This document shows, piece after piece, positions 27,728 to 37,598 of a stretch of DNA of 54,907 bases (positions are counted from its first letter, which is position 1; each line of letters starts with the position of its first letter). The notes under the pieces were generated by a model. It did not search any database, had not been told where the DNA came from, and was given only the letters and a program-made list of their open reading frames with translations. Origin of the DNA: Candidatus Dormibacteria bacterium (GTDB lineage Bacteria; Chloroflexota; Dormibacteria; Aeolococcales; Aeolococcaceae); NCBI GenBank assembly GCA_050012735.1, contig JBEKGP010000005.1, positions 1 through 54,907 on the forward strand, written 5' to 3'. A program made the translations under genes and the position numbers.

Positions 27728-28420
27728 CTAGCGGGCGGCAGCGCCGCCCCCGGTCTCGGGACCATCCGCCGACTCACTGCGAGTGGGCCTCGGACCGCCG
27801 CCCACTCCCCGCGGTGAGGAGCCGTCACCGGTGCTCTTGGTCCGGCCCTGAATGATCTCGTCGACGATGCCGTACTCCTTGGCCTCGTCGGAGCTCATGA
27901 AGAAGTCGCGATCGGAGTCCCGGTGCACCACCTCGATGGGCTTGCCGGTGTGGTGCGAGAGGATCTCGTCGATACGGCGGCTGACCCGGAGTATCTCCTG
28001 GGCGTGGATCTGAATGTCAGCGGCCTGACCGCTGAATCCGCCACTCGCCTGGTGGATGAGGATCCGGGTGTTGGGCAGGGAGTACCGGAGGCCGGGCGCG
28101 CCCCCGGCCAGCAGGACCGCCGCCATGGAAGCGGCCAGGCCCATGCAGATGGTGCCGACCCGCGGCTCCACGTACTGCATGGTGTCGTAGATGGCGAGGC
28201 CGGCGTAGACCGACCCCCCCGGCGAGTTGATGTAGAGCCAGATGTCCTTCTCGGGGTCCTCGCCGGCCAGGAAGAGCAGCTGGGCCATGACCACGTTGGC
28301 CACCTGGTCGTCGATGGGAGTGCCGATGAAGATGATCCGGTCCTTGAGCAGCCGGGAGTAGATGTCCATCCCGCGCTCACCCCGGTTGGTGGTCTCGATG
28401 ACGTAGGGGATCAGGGTCAT
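27728..28420 (-). CDS. clpP: ATP-dependent Clp protease proteolytic subunit
   Basis: [37 protein letters not shown]. Confidence 0.98.
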   Translation of the reverse strand: MTLIPYVIETTNRGERGMDIYSRLLKDRIIFIGTPIDDQVANVVMAQLLFLAGEDPEKDIWLYINSPGGSVYAGLAIYDTMQYVEPRVGTICMGLAASMAAVLLAGGAPGLRYSLPNTRILIHQASGGFSGQAADIQIHAQEILRVSRRIDEILSHHTGKPIEVVHRDSDRDFFMSSDEAKEYGIVDEIIQGRTKSTGDGSSPRGVGGGPRPTRSESADGPETGGGAAAR

Positions 28421-28559
28421 TGCCAGGCCAGTATACCCACGGGCCGTCGCCGCGCCCTCCGGGGGGGTCCGAGGCGCGGACCGACCCCCTGGAGAGATCG
28501 GGCGCCCCCCCGTCGGAGCGCCTCTGCCAAGCCCCCGAACCGTCCCCGAGTCGAAGGTA

Positions 28560-28588
28560 TTGCTGATACTGACAGTATCAAGTATATT
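28560..28588 (+). promoter_or_regulatory. Sigma70-type promoter (TTGCTG-17 bp-TATATT) overlapped by a perfect palindrome TGATACTG-A-CAGTATCA (28564-28580)
   Basis: AT-rich island in a GC-rich background; hexamers and inverted repeat read directly; 39 nt upstream of the ATG at 28628. Confidence 0.7.
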
Positions 28589-28627
28589 GACACTCCTGGC
28601 TGGGAGACAAGGTGGAGGGAGTCGGCC

Positions 28628-28825
28628 ATGGCCCGAAAGTACAAGCCCGTCGAGCTATCCCTTCGCACGGTCCCGATGGACCTCGCGGAGGAGCGCGCCC
28701 GGTGCCCGCTCTGCGATAACCACAACTCCGGTGTGATCGGCCGCCTCGGTCTCCGCCTCGTGTTCCGCTGCGAGCAGTGCCGGGTCCGCTTCTACCGTCC
28801 CTCGGCAGCCCTGCGGTTCGGCTGA
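28628..28825 (+). CDS. Small (65 aa) C4 zinc-finger/ribbon protein
   Basis: CPLC...CEQC; SD GGAGGGAG; own promoter; fills the gap between clpP and tig. Confidence 0.8.
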   Translation: MARKYKPVELSLRTVPMDLAEERARCPLCDNHNSGVIGRLGLRLVFRCEQCRVRFYRPSAALRFG

Positions 28826-28826
28826 T

Positions 28827-30113
28827 TCAGGCGCCTCCGGCGGCGATCTCGTAGGCACGCTCGGCCGCCGCCCGGCGGAGGAGGTCGACGTGCGCTGCGG
28901 CGTGGAGGCGGCGGCGGTCCTGCCCGGAGAGCCGGCGTCCCGCACCGATCCGATCGACCTCATGCTCGACCTGCGACTCGTCGACATCGAGCTGCTCGGC
29001 GGTGGCCAGGGCACCCAGGGCCAGCTCCAGCCGGACGCTGTCCCCTGCCGCCGGGCGCCGCTCCGCGCGGAGCTTCTCGAGACTGCCCCCGGTGTACTCC
29101 AGGTAGCGGTCGAAGCGAAGGCCCAGCTCGGCGAGCCGGACCTCCATGTCGGCGAGCTCGCGGTCAAGCTCGCGCTCGACCATGGCCGCCGGCAGGTCGA
29201 CCTTGACCCGGTCCCGGAGGGCCTTGAGGACGTCGGACTGGAAATGCTCCTCGTCGCTCTGGGCGGCGGCCTCGACCAGCCGGACCCGGTAGCGGTCGCG
29301 CATCTCTTCGACCGTCTCCCCGCTGCCGTCGCGCTGAGCCAGGGCGTCGTCGAGAGGCGGAAGCACCCGCTCGCGAATGGCGAGGATGTGGGTTTCGGCC
29401 TCAACCGTCACTCCCCGCAGCTCCTCCTGCGGGTAATCGGCGGGAAGGGCGAGGGGAAACTTCCTCTCGTCGCCAGGCGTGAGCCCGAGGAGGGCGTCGA
29501 CCAGCCCGGGGACGAGGCGCTCACGATCCAGCTCCAGGTCGCGCTCGTCTCCTCCGGAGAGCACCTCCTCGCCGCGCCGCATCACCAGGGTGCAGCGCAG
29601 GACATCGCCGGCCTGGGCCGGCCGGCTCACCTCGGTCAGGTCGGAGAAGCGCCGCTGGACCTCCTCGAGGGCGGAGTCCACGTCCGAGTCGCCGATCTCG
29701 GTGTGTGGCCGGTCGATGCGCAGGGTGCGGTAGTCGGCGAGGTCGACCACCGGGCGGACGGTGACCTCGACGGTGAACGTCACGGGCTGGCCGCGCTCGA
29801 CCGTCCCGAGGGTGACCGAGGGGTCGCCGACCGGGTCGAGGTCCTCCTGGTCGACGGCACGAGCGTAGAGCTGCGGGACGAGCTCCTCGGCCGCGGCGTT
29901 GCGCAGAGCCTCCCAACCGACGGCACGCTCGACCAGCCCGGCGGGCGCCTTGCCCGGCCGGAACCCCGGGATGCGGAGCCTAGCTCCCAGCTTCCGGCCC
30001 GCCATCTCGAGCGCCCGGTCCAGCTCTTCGGGGGGGGCCTCGACGGTGAGTTCGACAATCCAGCCCGGCTTGCGCTCGACGAAGACGGACAGCTCGGAGG
30101 TTGCGGTGGTCAC
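28827..30113 (-). CDS. tig: Trigger factor
   Basis: IPGFRPGKAP signature, FKBP-like middle domain, upstream of clpP-clpX; SD GAGGAG. Confidence 0.95.
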   Translation of the reverse strand: MTTATSELSVFVERKPGWIVELTVEAPPEELDRALEMAGRKLGARLRIPGFRPGKAPAGLVERAVGWEALRNAAAEELVPQLYARAVDQEDLDPVGDPSVTLGTVERGQPVTFTVEVTVRPVVDLADYRTLRIDRPHTEIGDSDVDSALEEVQRRFSDLTEVSRPAQAGDVLRCTLVMRRGEEVLSGGDERDLELDRERLVPGLVDALLGLTPGDERKFPLALPADYPQEELRGVTVEAETHILAIRERVLPPLDDALAQRDGSGETVEEMRDRYRVRLVEAAAQSDEEHFQSDVLKALRDRVKVDLPAAMVERELDRELADMEVRLAELGLRFDRYLEYTGGSLEKLRAERRPAAGDSVRLELALGALATAEQLDVDESQVEHEVDRIGAGRRLSGQDRRRLHAAAHVDLLRRAAAERAYEIAAGGA

Positions 30114-30188
30114 GTGGTCTCCTCAGGTGTCACAGGCCCGCCATTCTGAACGACGGGACGGCTTGGGCGGTGGCGCCGGCCGCCCACG

Positions 30189-30270
30189 TGCGCGGGCCGA
30201 GACTCGAACTCGGACGGGTCACCCCACGGGATCCTAAGTCCCGCGCGTCTACCGGTTCCGCCACCCGCGC
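30189..30270 (-). tRNA. tRNA-Leu (anticodon TAG), CCA not encoded
   Basis: GCGCGGG/CCCGCGC acceptor stem, D arm, CGGGA-CTTAGGA-TCCCG anticodon arm, long variable arm, CCGAG-TTCGAGT-CTCGG T arm, discriminator A. Confidence 0.96.
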
Positions 30271-30506
30271 CGGTCCTGGCAGGCCCAGGGCGAGTGTAGC
30301 ACCGCCATTTGCGACGATCGGGAGGCCGACGGAACCCGGCGCCAGCCGCCGCCCCGAGAGGTCGACAGGGGGCGGTGCCTCCCGCTGGTCGACCCTCAGT
30401 CCCGGGCGACCAAAAGCCCTGGACACGGCCCGCGCAGACCCCTAGGCTTGACCTCATTCCGGCCAGCGGCCGGTTCACCGATCGCCATCCGCACGGAGGT
30501 CGACGT

Positions 30507-30731
30507 ATGGAGCCTAGCCAGTCAGCCGCAGCGGTCGAGGCCCCGCAGGAGATCGTTGCGAAGATCGATCAGAAGGCTGTGAGGCTTTCTGCGCTGCTGC
30601 GGGACATCGACAATCACCCCATCGAGCTGTCCGCGGAGCTGGTCGAGCGGCTCGATGAGATCCTTGAGATGCTCGGCTGCCGGATCTCCGCGACCCGAGC
30701 CCTGCTCCGCCAGCCGGCGTACCTGACGTAA
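30507..30731 (+). CDS. Hypothetical small helical protein (74 aa)
   Basis: SD GGAGG before ATG, TAGGCT -10-like at 30443-30448, amphipathic helical composition. Confidence 0.68.
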   Translation: MEPSQSAAAVEAPQEIVAKIDQKAVRLSALLRDIDNHPIELSAELVERLDEILEMLGCRISATRALLRQPAYLT

Positions 30732-31010
30732 GGGATGAGCGTGGCCTGAGCCGGCATCGCCGTTACCCGGGGCTGCTCGGGTGAGGGCCGGTGGCGTTCA
30801 CTGGATGGGCCGTCCCGCCCGCGGTGGCGGCGACCACGGGCTGCTCGGCAGCGGACGTGGCATGCGCCACCTCCCCGGGGGTTCGAGCCCGGCGGTACAG
30901 TGACGTGTGAGCAGCCACCGTTCGGAACCTGGCGGCCGCACTCTCGCCTCCTCGCCAGCCGCGCCAGTGGCGTGTCCCCCGACCGTTCGCCTCAACAGGA
31001 GAGATGCCCC

Positions 31011-31382
31011 ATGGCCGCCAAGGAGCACTGGAAGACCGAGCCCGACGATCACGATTACCCGGCCGCCTCCGACTACCTGAGCCTGATCATGGACAAGGGA
31101 GAGGTCAGCAACGCGGTGGCGGCACTGCGCAAGGCCGCGATCACCCACTACAAGGCCAAGGATCTGTTGAGGGCCAGCCGCCTGGAGCTGCTGCCGGCCG
31201 ACAACGTCCATGTCAAGAAGGACCTCGGCAAGGTCCAGGCTGGGAACCTCCTCTCGCCGGTCCTGCTGATACGTGGTCGGGTGGATGCCGACGTACCGCT
31301 GACGGTCGCCGATGGGTTCCACCGGATCTGTGCCAGTTACCACCTGGACGAGGACGCGGACATCCCCTGCCGGATCGTCTGA
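31011..31382 (+). CDS. Conserved hypothetical protein, ParB/sulfiredoxin-like fold
   Basis: SD AGGAGA; LSPVLLIRG...VADGFHR matches the ParB/Srx DGxHR motif; typical codon usage. Confidence 0.75.
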   Translation: MAAKEHWKTEPDDHDYPAASDYLSLIMDKGEVSNAVAALRKAAITHYKAKDLLRASRLELLPADNVHVKKDLGKVQAGNLLSPVLLIRGRVDADVPLTVADGFHRICASYHLDEDADIPCRIV

Positions 31383-31605
31383 CCTCGGGGGTTCGCCGCC
31401 GGCCCGCGCGTCCTATGAGCCGTCCTGCAGCGCGGCTCGCCGTGGTCTCCGGCGTGGTGCACGGTACGCCGTGGTTTCAGGCGTCGTATCGCTGCGCGAT
31501 ACGACGAACGCACTTCGCTCGGCCGGGGCGCTCTCGCGCCCCCTCGCGGTCTCCGCCCTACCCGAGCGCTCGCGGTTGGCGCGGCGCCCGGGCGGGCGGC
31601 GGCCT

Positions 31606-31629
31606 GGGCACGCCTCAGCAGGCGTGCCC
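31606..31629. terminator. GC-rich hairpin just downstream of glnA (likely terminator)
   Basis: GGGCACGCCT-CAGC-AGGCGTGCCC, a 10-bp perfect stem 13 nt after the glnA stop; no U-tract. Confidence 0.5.
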
Positions 31630-31642
31630 GGCCTCGCTCCGT

Positions 31643-33085
31643 TTAGGCGTCGTAGTAGAGGAGGAACTCGTAGGGGTGCGGGCGGAGGGCCACCGGGTCC
31701 ACCTCGTTCTCGCGCTTGTAGGCGATGTAGGTCTCGATCACGTCGGGGGTGAAGACGTCCCCCTTGAGCAGGAAGTCGTGGTCGGCCTCCAAGGCGTCGA
31801 GGACCTCGGGCAGCGAGCCCGGGAGATCCTTGACCTGGGCGGCCTCCTCACCCTCCAGCTCGTAGAGATCGGCCTCGATCGGCTTGGGCGGCTCGATCTT
31901 GTTGGCGATGCCGTCCAGACCCGCCATCAGCATCGCGCTGAACGCGAGGTACGGGTTGCAGGTGGGGTCGGGAGAGCGGAACTCGAGGCGCCGCGCCTTG
32001 GGCGAATCGCTGTAGGTCGGGATCCGGATGCAGGCGCTGCGGTTGCGCGCGCTGTAGGCGAGCTTGATGGGTGCCTCGTAGCCGGGGACCAGCCGGCGGT
32101 ACGAGTTGGTGGTGGGCGCGGCCAGAGCGAGCAGTGCCGGAGCGTGCTTCAGCAGGCCGCCGATGTACCAGCGACCGAGGTCGCTGAACAGCGCGTAGCC
32201 GTTCTTGTCGTAGAAGAGCGGGACGCCACCCTGCCAGAGCGACTGGTGGACGTGCATCCCGCTGCCATTGTCACCAAAGAGCGGCTTGGGCATGAAGGTC
32301 GCGGTGTAGCCGTTCTGAGCGCAGACGTTCTTGACGATGTACTTGAACTGCAGAACGTTGTCGGCCATCATGGTGAGCGGGCCGAAGCGCATGTCGATCT
32401 CGGTCTGCCCCGCGGTGCCGACCTCGTGGTGGTGCACCTCGATATCCAAACCGGACTCGAGCATCTTGAGGACGATGCGGCTGCGCAGGTCCTGGAGCTG
32501 GTCGGCCGGCGGGACGGGGAAGTACCCCCCCTTGAGCTTCGGACGGTAGCCGAGGTTGGCACCGTCGCGACCACTGTTCCAGATGCCCTCATCGGAATCG
32601 ATGTGGTAGTAGCCCTCGTGGGAGTTCTGGTCGAAGCGCACCGAGTTGAAGATGTAGAACTCGAGCTCCGGGCCCCAGTACGAGAGGTCCGCCACACCTG
32701 ACTTGGCCAGGTAGGCCTCAGCCTTCTTGGCGATGTAACGCGGGTCGCGCGAATACGGTGCCCTGGTCAGCGGGTCCTTGACGTCGCAAACGATCGCCAG
32801 GGTCGGGACTTCCAAGCACGGGTCGATGAAACAGCGAGTCGGGTCCGGGAAGAGGAGCATGTCGCTCTCGAAGATCTTCTGGAACCCGCGGATCGAGGAG
32901 CCGTCGAAGCCGATCCCGTTCTCGAAGAGGTCGTCGTTCAACTCGCTCACCGGGATGCTGAAGTGCTGCCACGTGCCGGGCAGGTCGGTGAAGCGCACGT
33001 CCACGAACTTGACGCCCGCTTCCTTGGCCCGCTTGATCACGTCCTTCGGGGTGGCCCCGCCTGCTTGTTTGGTCTCGTCTGCCAT
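31643..33085 (-). CDS. glnA: Glutamine synthetase type I (GSI-beta)
   Basis: [19 protein letters not shown]-beta insertion, [47 protein letters not shown] adenylylation-site motif. Confidence 0.97.
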   Translation of the reverse strand: MADETKQAGGATPKDVIKRAKEAGVKFVDVRFTDLPGTWQHFSIPVSELNDDLFENGIGFDGSSIRGFQKIFESDMLLFPDPTRCFIDPCLEVPTLAIVCDVKDPLTRAPYSRDPRYIAKKAEAYLAKSGVADLSYWGPELEFYIFNSVRFDQNSHEGYYHIDSDEGIWNSGRDGANLGYRPKLKGGYFPVPPADQLQDLRSRIVLKMLESGLDIEVHHHEVGTAGQTEIDMRFGPLTMMADNVLQFKYIVKNVCAQNGYTATFMPKPLFGDNGSGMHVHQSLWQGGVPLFYDKNGYALFSDLGRWYIGGLLKHAPALLALAAPTTNSYRRLVPGYEAPIKLAYSARNRSACIRIPTYSDSPKARRLEFRSPDPTCNPYLAFSAMLMAGLDGIANKIEPPKPIEADLYELEGEEAAQVKDLPGSLPEVLDALEADHDFLLKGDVFTPDVIETYIAYKRENEVDPVALRPHPYEFLLYYDA

Positions 33086-33220
33086 CCACTTCCCCTTGCA
33101 AACCGCTGGCCGCCGGCACGGCCCATGGGGCCGAGCCTCTGCTATCACAACTGAGTGAGCCTACCGAGTTACAGGACGGATCCGCCATGGACTCTGAGGA
33201 CGAGAGGCGGGATTGGGGGC

Positions 33221-33270
33221 TTGTGCGCCGAGCACAAAAGGGTGCCCGGCGACTTGCGTTGATTGCACAG
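33221..33270. promoter_or_regulatory. Two TTGTG-N7-CACAA-type boxes upstream of glnA
   Basis: TTGTGCGCCGAGCACAA (33221-33237) and TTGCGTTGATTGCACAG (33254-33270); minus-strand -10 TAGGCT at 33158-33163. Confidence 0.68.
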
Positions 33271-33344
33271 ATGTCGGGATCGCCTCGACCGCCGGACGGG
33301 AGGCGCTTCAGGCCGCGCGATGCAGTCTGGCGGCGGCCAGGGCG

Positions 33345-33632
33345 CTAGGCGCGCGGCTTGATCTCGTCGAGCTTGGCCCGGGCTCCCGCCTTGTCCTTGA
33401 AGTACAGCTTGTTGATGTCGACGTAGGCGATCTGAGCCGTCGGGACATCCTCCTCGGCGAAGATCGCGTCGACGGGGCACGGATCGACGCATGCGCCACA
33501 ATCGATGCATTCATCGGGGTCGATGAACACCATGCGGTCGTCGTCGGTCTCGTGGATGCAGTCCACGGGGCAAACCTCGATGCAGGCCTTGTCCTTGAGG
33601 TCAACGCAGGTTTCGGTGACGATGTAGGTCAT
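33345..33632 (-). CDS. fdxA: Ferredoxin (FdxA-type, 3Fe-4S/4Fe-4S)
   Basis: [23 protein letters not shown]...[22 protein letters not shown]. Confidence 0.93.
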   Translation of the reverse strand: MTYIVTETCVDLKDKACIEVCPVDCIHETDDDRMVFIDPDECIDCGACVDPCPVDAIFAEEDVPTAQIAYVDINKLYFKDKAGARAKLDEIKPRA

Positions 33633-33717
33633 TGCAGCCGGAGTCTAGCAAAGGCCGGCTCGGAATTCGGCCGGCGACCGGGGAAGGCCCCCTGCCCGGC
33701 ACGGGTACGCCGCCCGG

Positions 33718-34086
33718 TCAGTGGCCCCAGTGCTCGGCCTCGAGGTGGCGGATGGTCAGGTCCCCCCGCTCCCCGGTCCGGATGCGCACGGCCTCGTCGA
33801 CCGGGAGGATGAAGATCTTGCCGTCGCCGATCTCGCCGGTGCGGGCGGCCGCGGCGATCGCCTCGACGACCGCCTCGACCCTGGAGTCCACCACCACCGC
33901 CTCGACCTTGACCTTCCGCTGCAGGGAGATGTGGACGCGGGTGCCCCGGTACATCTCGGTGTAGCCACGCTGACGGCCGCAGCCCAGCACCTCGGTGATC
34001 GTCAGCCCGGACGTCCCCAGAGTGTCGAGGGCGTCCTGGACGGCCTGGAGCCGATCCGGCCGGATGATGGCCTCCACCTTCCTCAT
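33718..34086 (-). CDS. glnK: P-II family nitrogen regulator
   Basis: EAIIRP, G.GRQRG.TEMYRG T-loop, TGEIGDGKIF, RIRTGE; ATGA overlap with amtB. Confidence 0.95.
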   Translation of the reverse strand: MRKVEAIIRPDRLQAVQDALDTLGTSGLTITEVLGCGRQRGYTEMYRGTRVHISLQRKVKVEAVVVDSRVEAVVEAIAAAARTGEIGDGKIFILPVDEAVRIRTGERGDLTIRHLEAEHWGH

Positions 34087-35552
34087 CTCGTCGTCTCTCC
34101 TGGGACTGCGGCGAGTCGCTGACGAGTCGCCCCGGCAATAGCGTCAGGGTGAATATAGGCCCCTCCGGGCACCGGCATGAAGCTCTCCGGGTAACCCCAC
34201 ATGCCGTGCTCGCTGATGTCGAGGCCCTCGATCTCGTCGCGCTCGCTCGCCCTCAGCCCAACCGTCCTCTTGATGATCCAGAAGAGACCGAAGGAGAGGC
34301 AGAAGACGGTCGCGAAGATGGAGAGCACCGCCGCCGCCTGGGCGCCCAGCTGGGCCCAGTTCCCCGTGTAGAAGAGCCCGCCCCGGCCGACGCCGTCGAC
34401 CTTGGCGAGCAGGGGGTCGGCGAAGAGGCCGCAGGAGAGCAGGCCCCAGACGCAGGCCAGTCCGTGGGCGGAGAGGGCTCCGAGGGGGTCGTCGATGAAC
34501 TTGTCGATGAAGTAGACACCGAAGACGACGATCACCCCGGCGATGGCACCGATGATCAGGGCGGCCAACGGCTGAACAAATCCGGACGGAGCCGTGATGG
34601 CGGCCAGTCCCGCGATCGCCCCGTTGCCGATCATGCCGACATCGAGGCTCTTCTGCCGGACGTAGATGACGGTCATGGCGGAGAGCGCCCCGGCGGCCGC
34701 CGCCAGGTTGGTGACGATGAGAACGTCGGCGAAGTGCAGGTTGAGGGCCTCGAAGGTGGAACCCGGGTTGAAGCCCATCCACCCGAACCAGAGGATGAGC
34801 ACGCCGAGCTGGGCGAGCGGCATGTTGTGCCCCGGGATCGCGTTGGGCTTGCCGTCGCGGCCGTACTTCCCGATGCGCGGCCCGAGCAGGAGGAGCCCGG
34901 CGAAGGCGGCACTGGCACCGGTGAGGTGGACCACGCCCGAACCGGCGAAGTCCTGCACCCCGAGGCCGGCACCCAGCCAGCCACCACCCCACACCCAGTG
35001 GCTGATCAGAGGGTAGATGAAGCCGGCAAAGGGGATGGCGAAGAGGATGTAGACGATGAACTTCGTCCGCTCCAGCATCGTCCCCCAGACGATCGCGAGG
35101 GAGATGGCGCAGAAGACGAACTCAAAGAAGAATTTGGCCGCCGCGGGGACGTCCGACCCGCGAAGGGCGGGCAGATCCAGTGTCGAGCCCGGGGTGAACG
35201 AGGGGAAGAAGCCTGCCCCGCCGCCGATGAGGTGGCCGAGGAATCCGCTCCCGGCGCCGAAGGCGAGGGCGAAGCCCACACCCCACCACATGATCGAGCT
35301 GATCGAGAGGTTGACGATGATCTTGGCCACCACGGTGCCGACGTTCTTCATGCGGGAGAAGCCGACCTCGAGCATGGCGAAGCCGGCCTGCATGAAGAGG
35401 ACCAGCATCCCGGCGAGGATCACCCAGACGGTGTCGACGGCGACGCCCGCGCTCTGGGCCGTCACCTGAGTGGCGGCATGGGTGACGAGCGGGAAGGTGG
35501 CCCCGACGATGGCCAGGCTGCCGCCGGCGCGAACGCGCGCGATTGGTCGCAA
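34083..35552 (-). CDS. amtB: Ammonium transporter
   Basis: FMQAGFAMLEVG, HWVWGGGWL, DFAGSGVVH, WFGWMGFNPGS, IDDPLGALSAHG. TTG start inferred from a GGAG SD. Confidence 0.95.
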   Translation of the reverse strand: MRPIARVRAGGSLAIVGATFPLVTHAATQVTAQSAGVAVDTVWVILAGMLVLFMQAGFAMLEVGFSRMKNVGTVVAKIIVNLSISSIMWWGVGFALAFGAGSGFLGHLIGGGAGFFPSFTPGSTLDLPALRGSDVPAAAKFFFEFVFCAISLAIVWGTMLERTKFIVYILFAIPFAGFIYPLISHWVWGGGWLGAGLGVQDFAGSGVVHLTGASAAFAGLLLLGPRIGKYGRDGKPNAIPGHNMPLAQLGVLILWFGWMGFNPGSTFEALNLHFADVLIVTNLAAAAGALSAMTVIYVRQKSLDVGMIGNGAIAGLAAITAPSGFVQPLAALIIGAIAGVIVVFGVYFIDKFIDDPLGALSAHGLACVWGLLSCGLFADPLLAKVDGVGRGGLFYTGNWAQLGAQAAAVLSIFATVFCLSFGLFWIIKRTVGLRASERDEIEGLDISEHGMWGYPESFMPVPGGAYIHPDAIAGATRQRLAAVPGETTR

Positions 35553-35619
35553 GTGAAGATCTCCGTGCCAGACCTGATCCTGCGGCGCCCAACCTAGCCG
35601 AGTTGGCCCACGGAGGACG

Positions 35620-35670
35620 GTGGGCGCCGCGCACCAAATGATGGCCAGGTTTTCTGGACGCAACGCACAA
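35620..35670. promoter_or_regulatory. Degenerate TTGTG-N7-CACAA-type boxes upstream of amtB
   Basis: GTGGGCGCCGCGCACCA (35620-35636) and CTGGACGCAACGCACAA (35654-35670); minus-strand -10 TAGGTT at 35591-35596. Confidence 0.55.
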
Positions 35671-35764
35671 AGGCCGCCCCCGGCCCTCCACCGCTGAACG
35701 GGGAGGGTCGGGAGTGCGGCCATGTGGAGGCGAGGCGACGGGGCGCTGCGCGCGCCCCTCCCAG

Positions 35765-37372
35765 CTACGAGGCCACGGCAGAAGGGTGGGGGTGACGCAC
35801 CCGGGCCGGCCGTCCGAGGCGGCTGCTGTTCCAGGCAAACCAGGCCGCTCCGGCGAAGAACCAGACGACGACGATGAGGACGGCGGTCAGCGCGTCGCTC
35901 TGCGTCTGCGAGCCCACCACGGGCACGCCGTTGACCTTGAGGTTGCCCGCCGTGAAGGCCAGGTAGAGAACGCCGAGCAGCATGGCCAGGTTGGCGACCG
36001 CCCCGAGGAAGGGCACGGCCCGGTGCTTGATGAAGCCTCGCTCATGGGCGCTCCAGAAGGCGACCAGGGCGATGACGTTGGTCGCGCCGTAGACGAGGAA
36101 GGTGCCGATGTTGGAGCCGTAGATGATGACCGCAAGGTGGTCGGTGTTGACGACACCGTAGATGCCGAGCAGGGCGCTGACCCCGCCGAGGATCCAGACC
36201 CCCATGTGGGGGGTGGCGAACCGGCCGTGGAGCATGCCGAGGATGGAGGGCATCTCCTTGTCCCGACCCATCGCGTAGGTGATCCGGACGCCGGTATTGA
36301 GGCAGGCGAGCATGGTCCCGAAGAGGGCGATGAGGACGGTGGCGGCCACGATCAGGGCGAGCACCGTGCCCACGCTGCCTCCGAAGACGATGTCGCCCAT
36401 GTTTTTGATCATGGTGCCGATCGGGGCCGAGTCGGCGGCCGCGGCGGAGTAGCCGGTGAGGCTGCCGCCGCTCACCGACCTGCCCACCACCATGTTGGCG
36501 GCGAAGTACTCGAACATGTACATCACCAGTCCCTGGATGGCGAGCGACAGCAGGATGCCGCGGCGGATGTCCTTCTTGGGATTCTTTGCCTCGGCCCCGA
36601 GCGAGGTTATGGACTCGAATCCGACCAGGAGCAGGATGGCGATCGTGCCCTGACCGAGGATGCCTGTGAAGCTGTGGTTGCCGGTCAGCACGGAACCGAT
36701 GGTGTTGTCGTAGTGCAGCCCCGGGTGGGTGACCCGGAAGACGATGGCGAAGAGGGCAAAGGAGACCAGCGCGACCAGCTGGATGACGTTGATCACGATC
36801 GCGGTCATGGTCGACCCGCTGATGCCCCGGAAGGCGACGTAGGTGTTGAGCAGGGTGAAGATCAGGACCACCCCGATCAGCAGCCCCGTGGAGGGCGAGT
36901 GCCCGGAGGCGATGCTGTAGAGGTATCCGAAGAGGATGCCGCCGAAGGCGGCCATGATCCCGGGGTAGATCCAGTAGTAGAGGTGGGCCAGCCAGCCCAC
37001 CGAGAACTTGGCCACCCGGGCGAGGCTGCGGTGGTGGGCCTTCTCCTTGTCGAGGAGCGCGGCCTCGGCGAAGTAGTAGGAGGACCCGGTCCCGGCCCGC
37101 GGATAGCGGTTGGCCAGCTCGGAGTACGAGTACGCGGTGAGGAAGGCCAGGATCAATGCGAAGGCGAGGCCGATCCACATGTCGCTCGCCGTCGCCACGC
37201 CGCCGACCGACTGGCCCGCCTGACTCTGGAAGGTGGTCCAGAGAAAGGCTCCGGGCGCGATCAGGGCCATGGCGTTGACGGTGACGCCGGTCAGGCTGAG
37301 CGTCTGCTTCATCCCCCCCGTGCCGCCAACCGCGCTGGGACCGGCCTCCACTTGTCTGGTCTCGATAGCCAC
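35765..37372 (-). CDS. APC-family amino acid/amine permease
   Basis: About 12 TM segments; MALIAPG, YSELA..YP.AG, LLLVGFES...GAEAKNPKKDI, R.TYAMGRD...P, HGRFATP; SD GGAGG. Confidence 0.92.
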   Translation of the reverse strand: MAIETRQVEAGPSAVGGTGGMKQTLSLTGVTVNAMALIAPGAFLWTTFQSQAGQSVGGVATASDMWIGLAFALILAFLTAYSYSELANRYPRAGTGSSYYFAEAALLDKEKAHHRSLARVAKFSVGWLAHLYYWIYPGIMAAFGGILFGYLYSIASGHSPSTGLLIGVVLIFTLLNTYVAFRGISGSTMTAIVINVIQLVALVSFALFAIVFRVTHPGLHYDNTIGSVLTGNHSFTGILGQGTIAILLLVGFESITSLGAEAKNPKKDIRRGILLSLAIQGLVMYMFEYFAANMVVGRSVSGGSLTGYSAAAADSAPIGTMIKNMGDIVFGGSVGTVLALIVAATVLIALFGTMLACLNTGVRITYAMGRDKEMPSILGMLHGRFATPHMGVWILGGVSALLGIYGVVNTDHLAVIIYGSNIGTFLVYGATNVIALVAFWSAHERGFIKHRAVPFLGAVANLAMLLGVLYLAFTAGNLKVNGVPVVGSQTQSDALTAVLIVVVWFFAGAAWFAWNSSRLGRPARVRHPHPSAVAS

Positions 37373-37385
37373 GGGAGCCCTCCAT

Positions 37386-37498
37386 TTGTGCGGTGGACAC
37401 AACTGACCACGTGGCAATGAGACTAGCTGGAGGACCCCACCGATCAGAACGCCACTTTAGCCCCAAGATCCGGCCGTTATTTTGGGCGCTCTGCCCAA
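37386..37498. promoter_or_regulatory. Two TTGTG-N7-CACAA-type boxes flanking the APC permease promoter
   Basis: TTGTGCGGTGGACACAA (37386-37402) and TTGGGCGCTCTGCCCAA (37482-37498); minus-strand -10 TAGTCT at 37420-37425. Confidence 0.68.
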
Positions 37499-37598
37499 CG
37501 TCGGATCAAATGGGCCTGGCATCGTGATGGTTTCAGCCTCAACGATGCTGCTGCGAGACCGCCACGCTGAGCCTGCCGCCGGGGTCCCCTGAGGGGGC

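Noticed and set aside
30189-31382. Possible island integrated at tRNA-Leu
   Set aside because: No integrase and no duplicated tRNA 3' end; the tRNA-Leu to tig linkage is intact.
33086-33157. Glutamine (glnA) riboswitch in the glnA leader
   Set aside because: No recognisable glnA-motif consensus in the roughly 65-nt leader.
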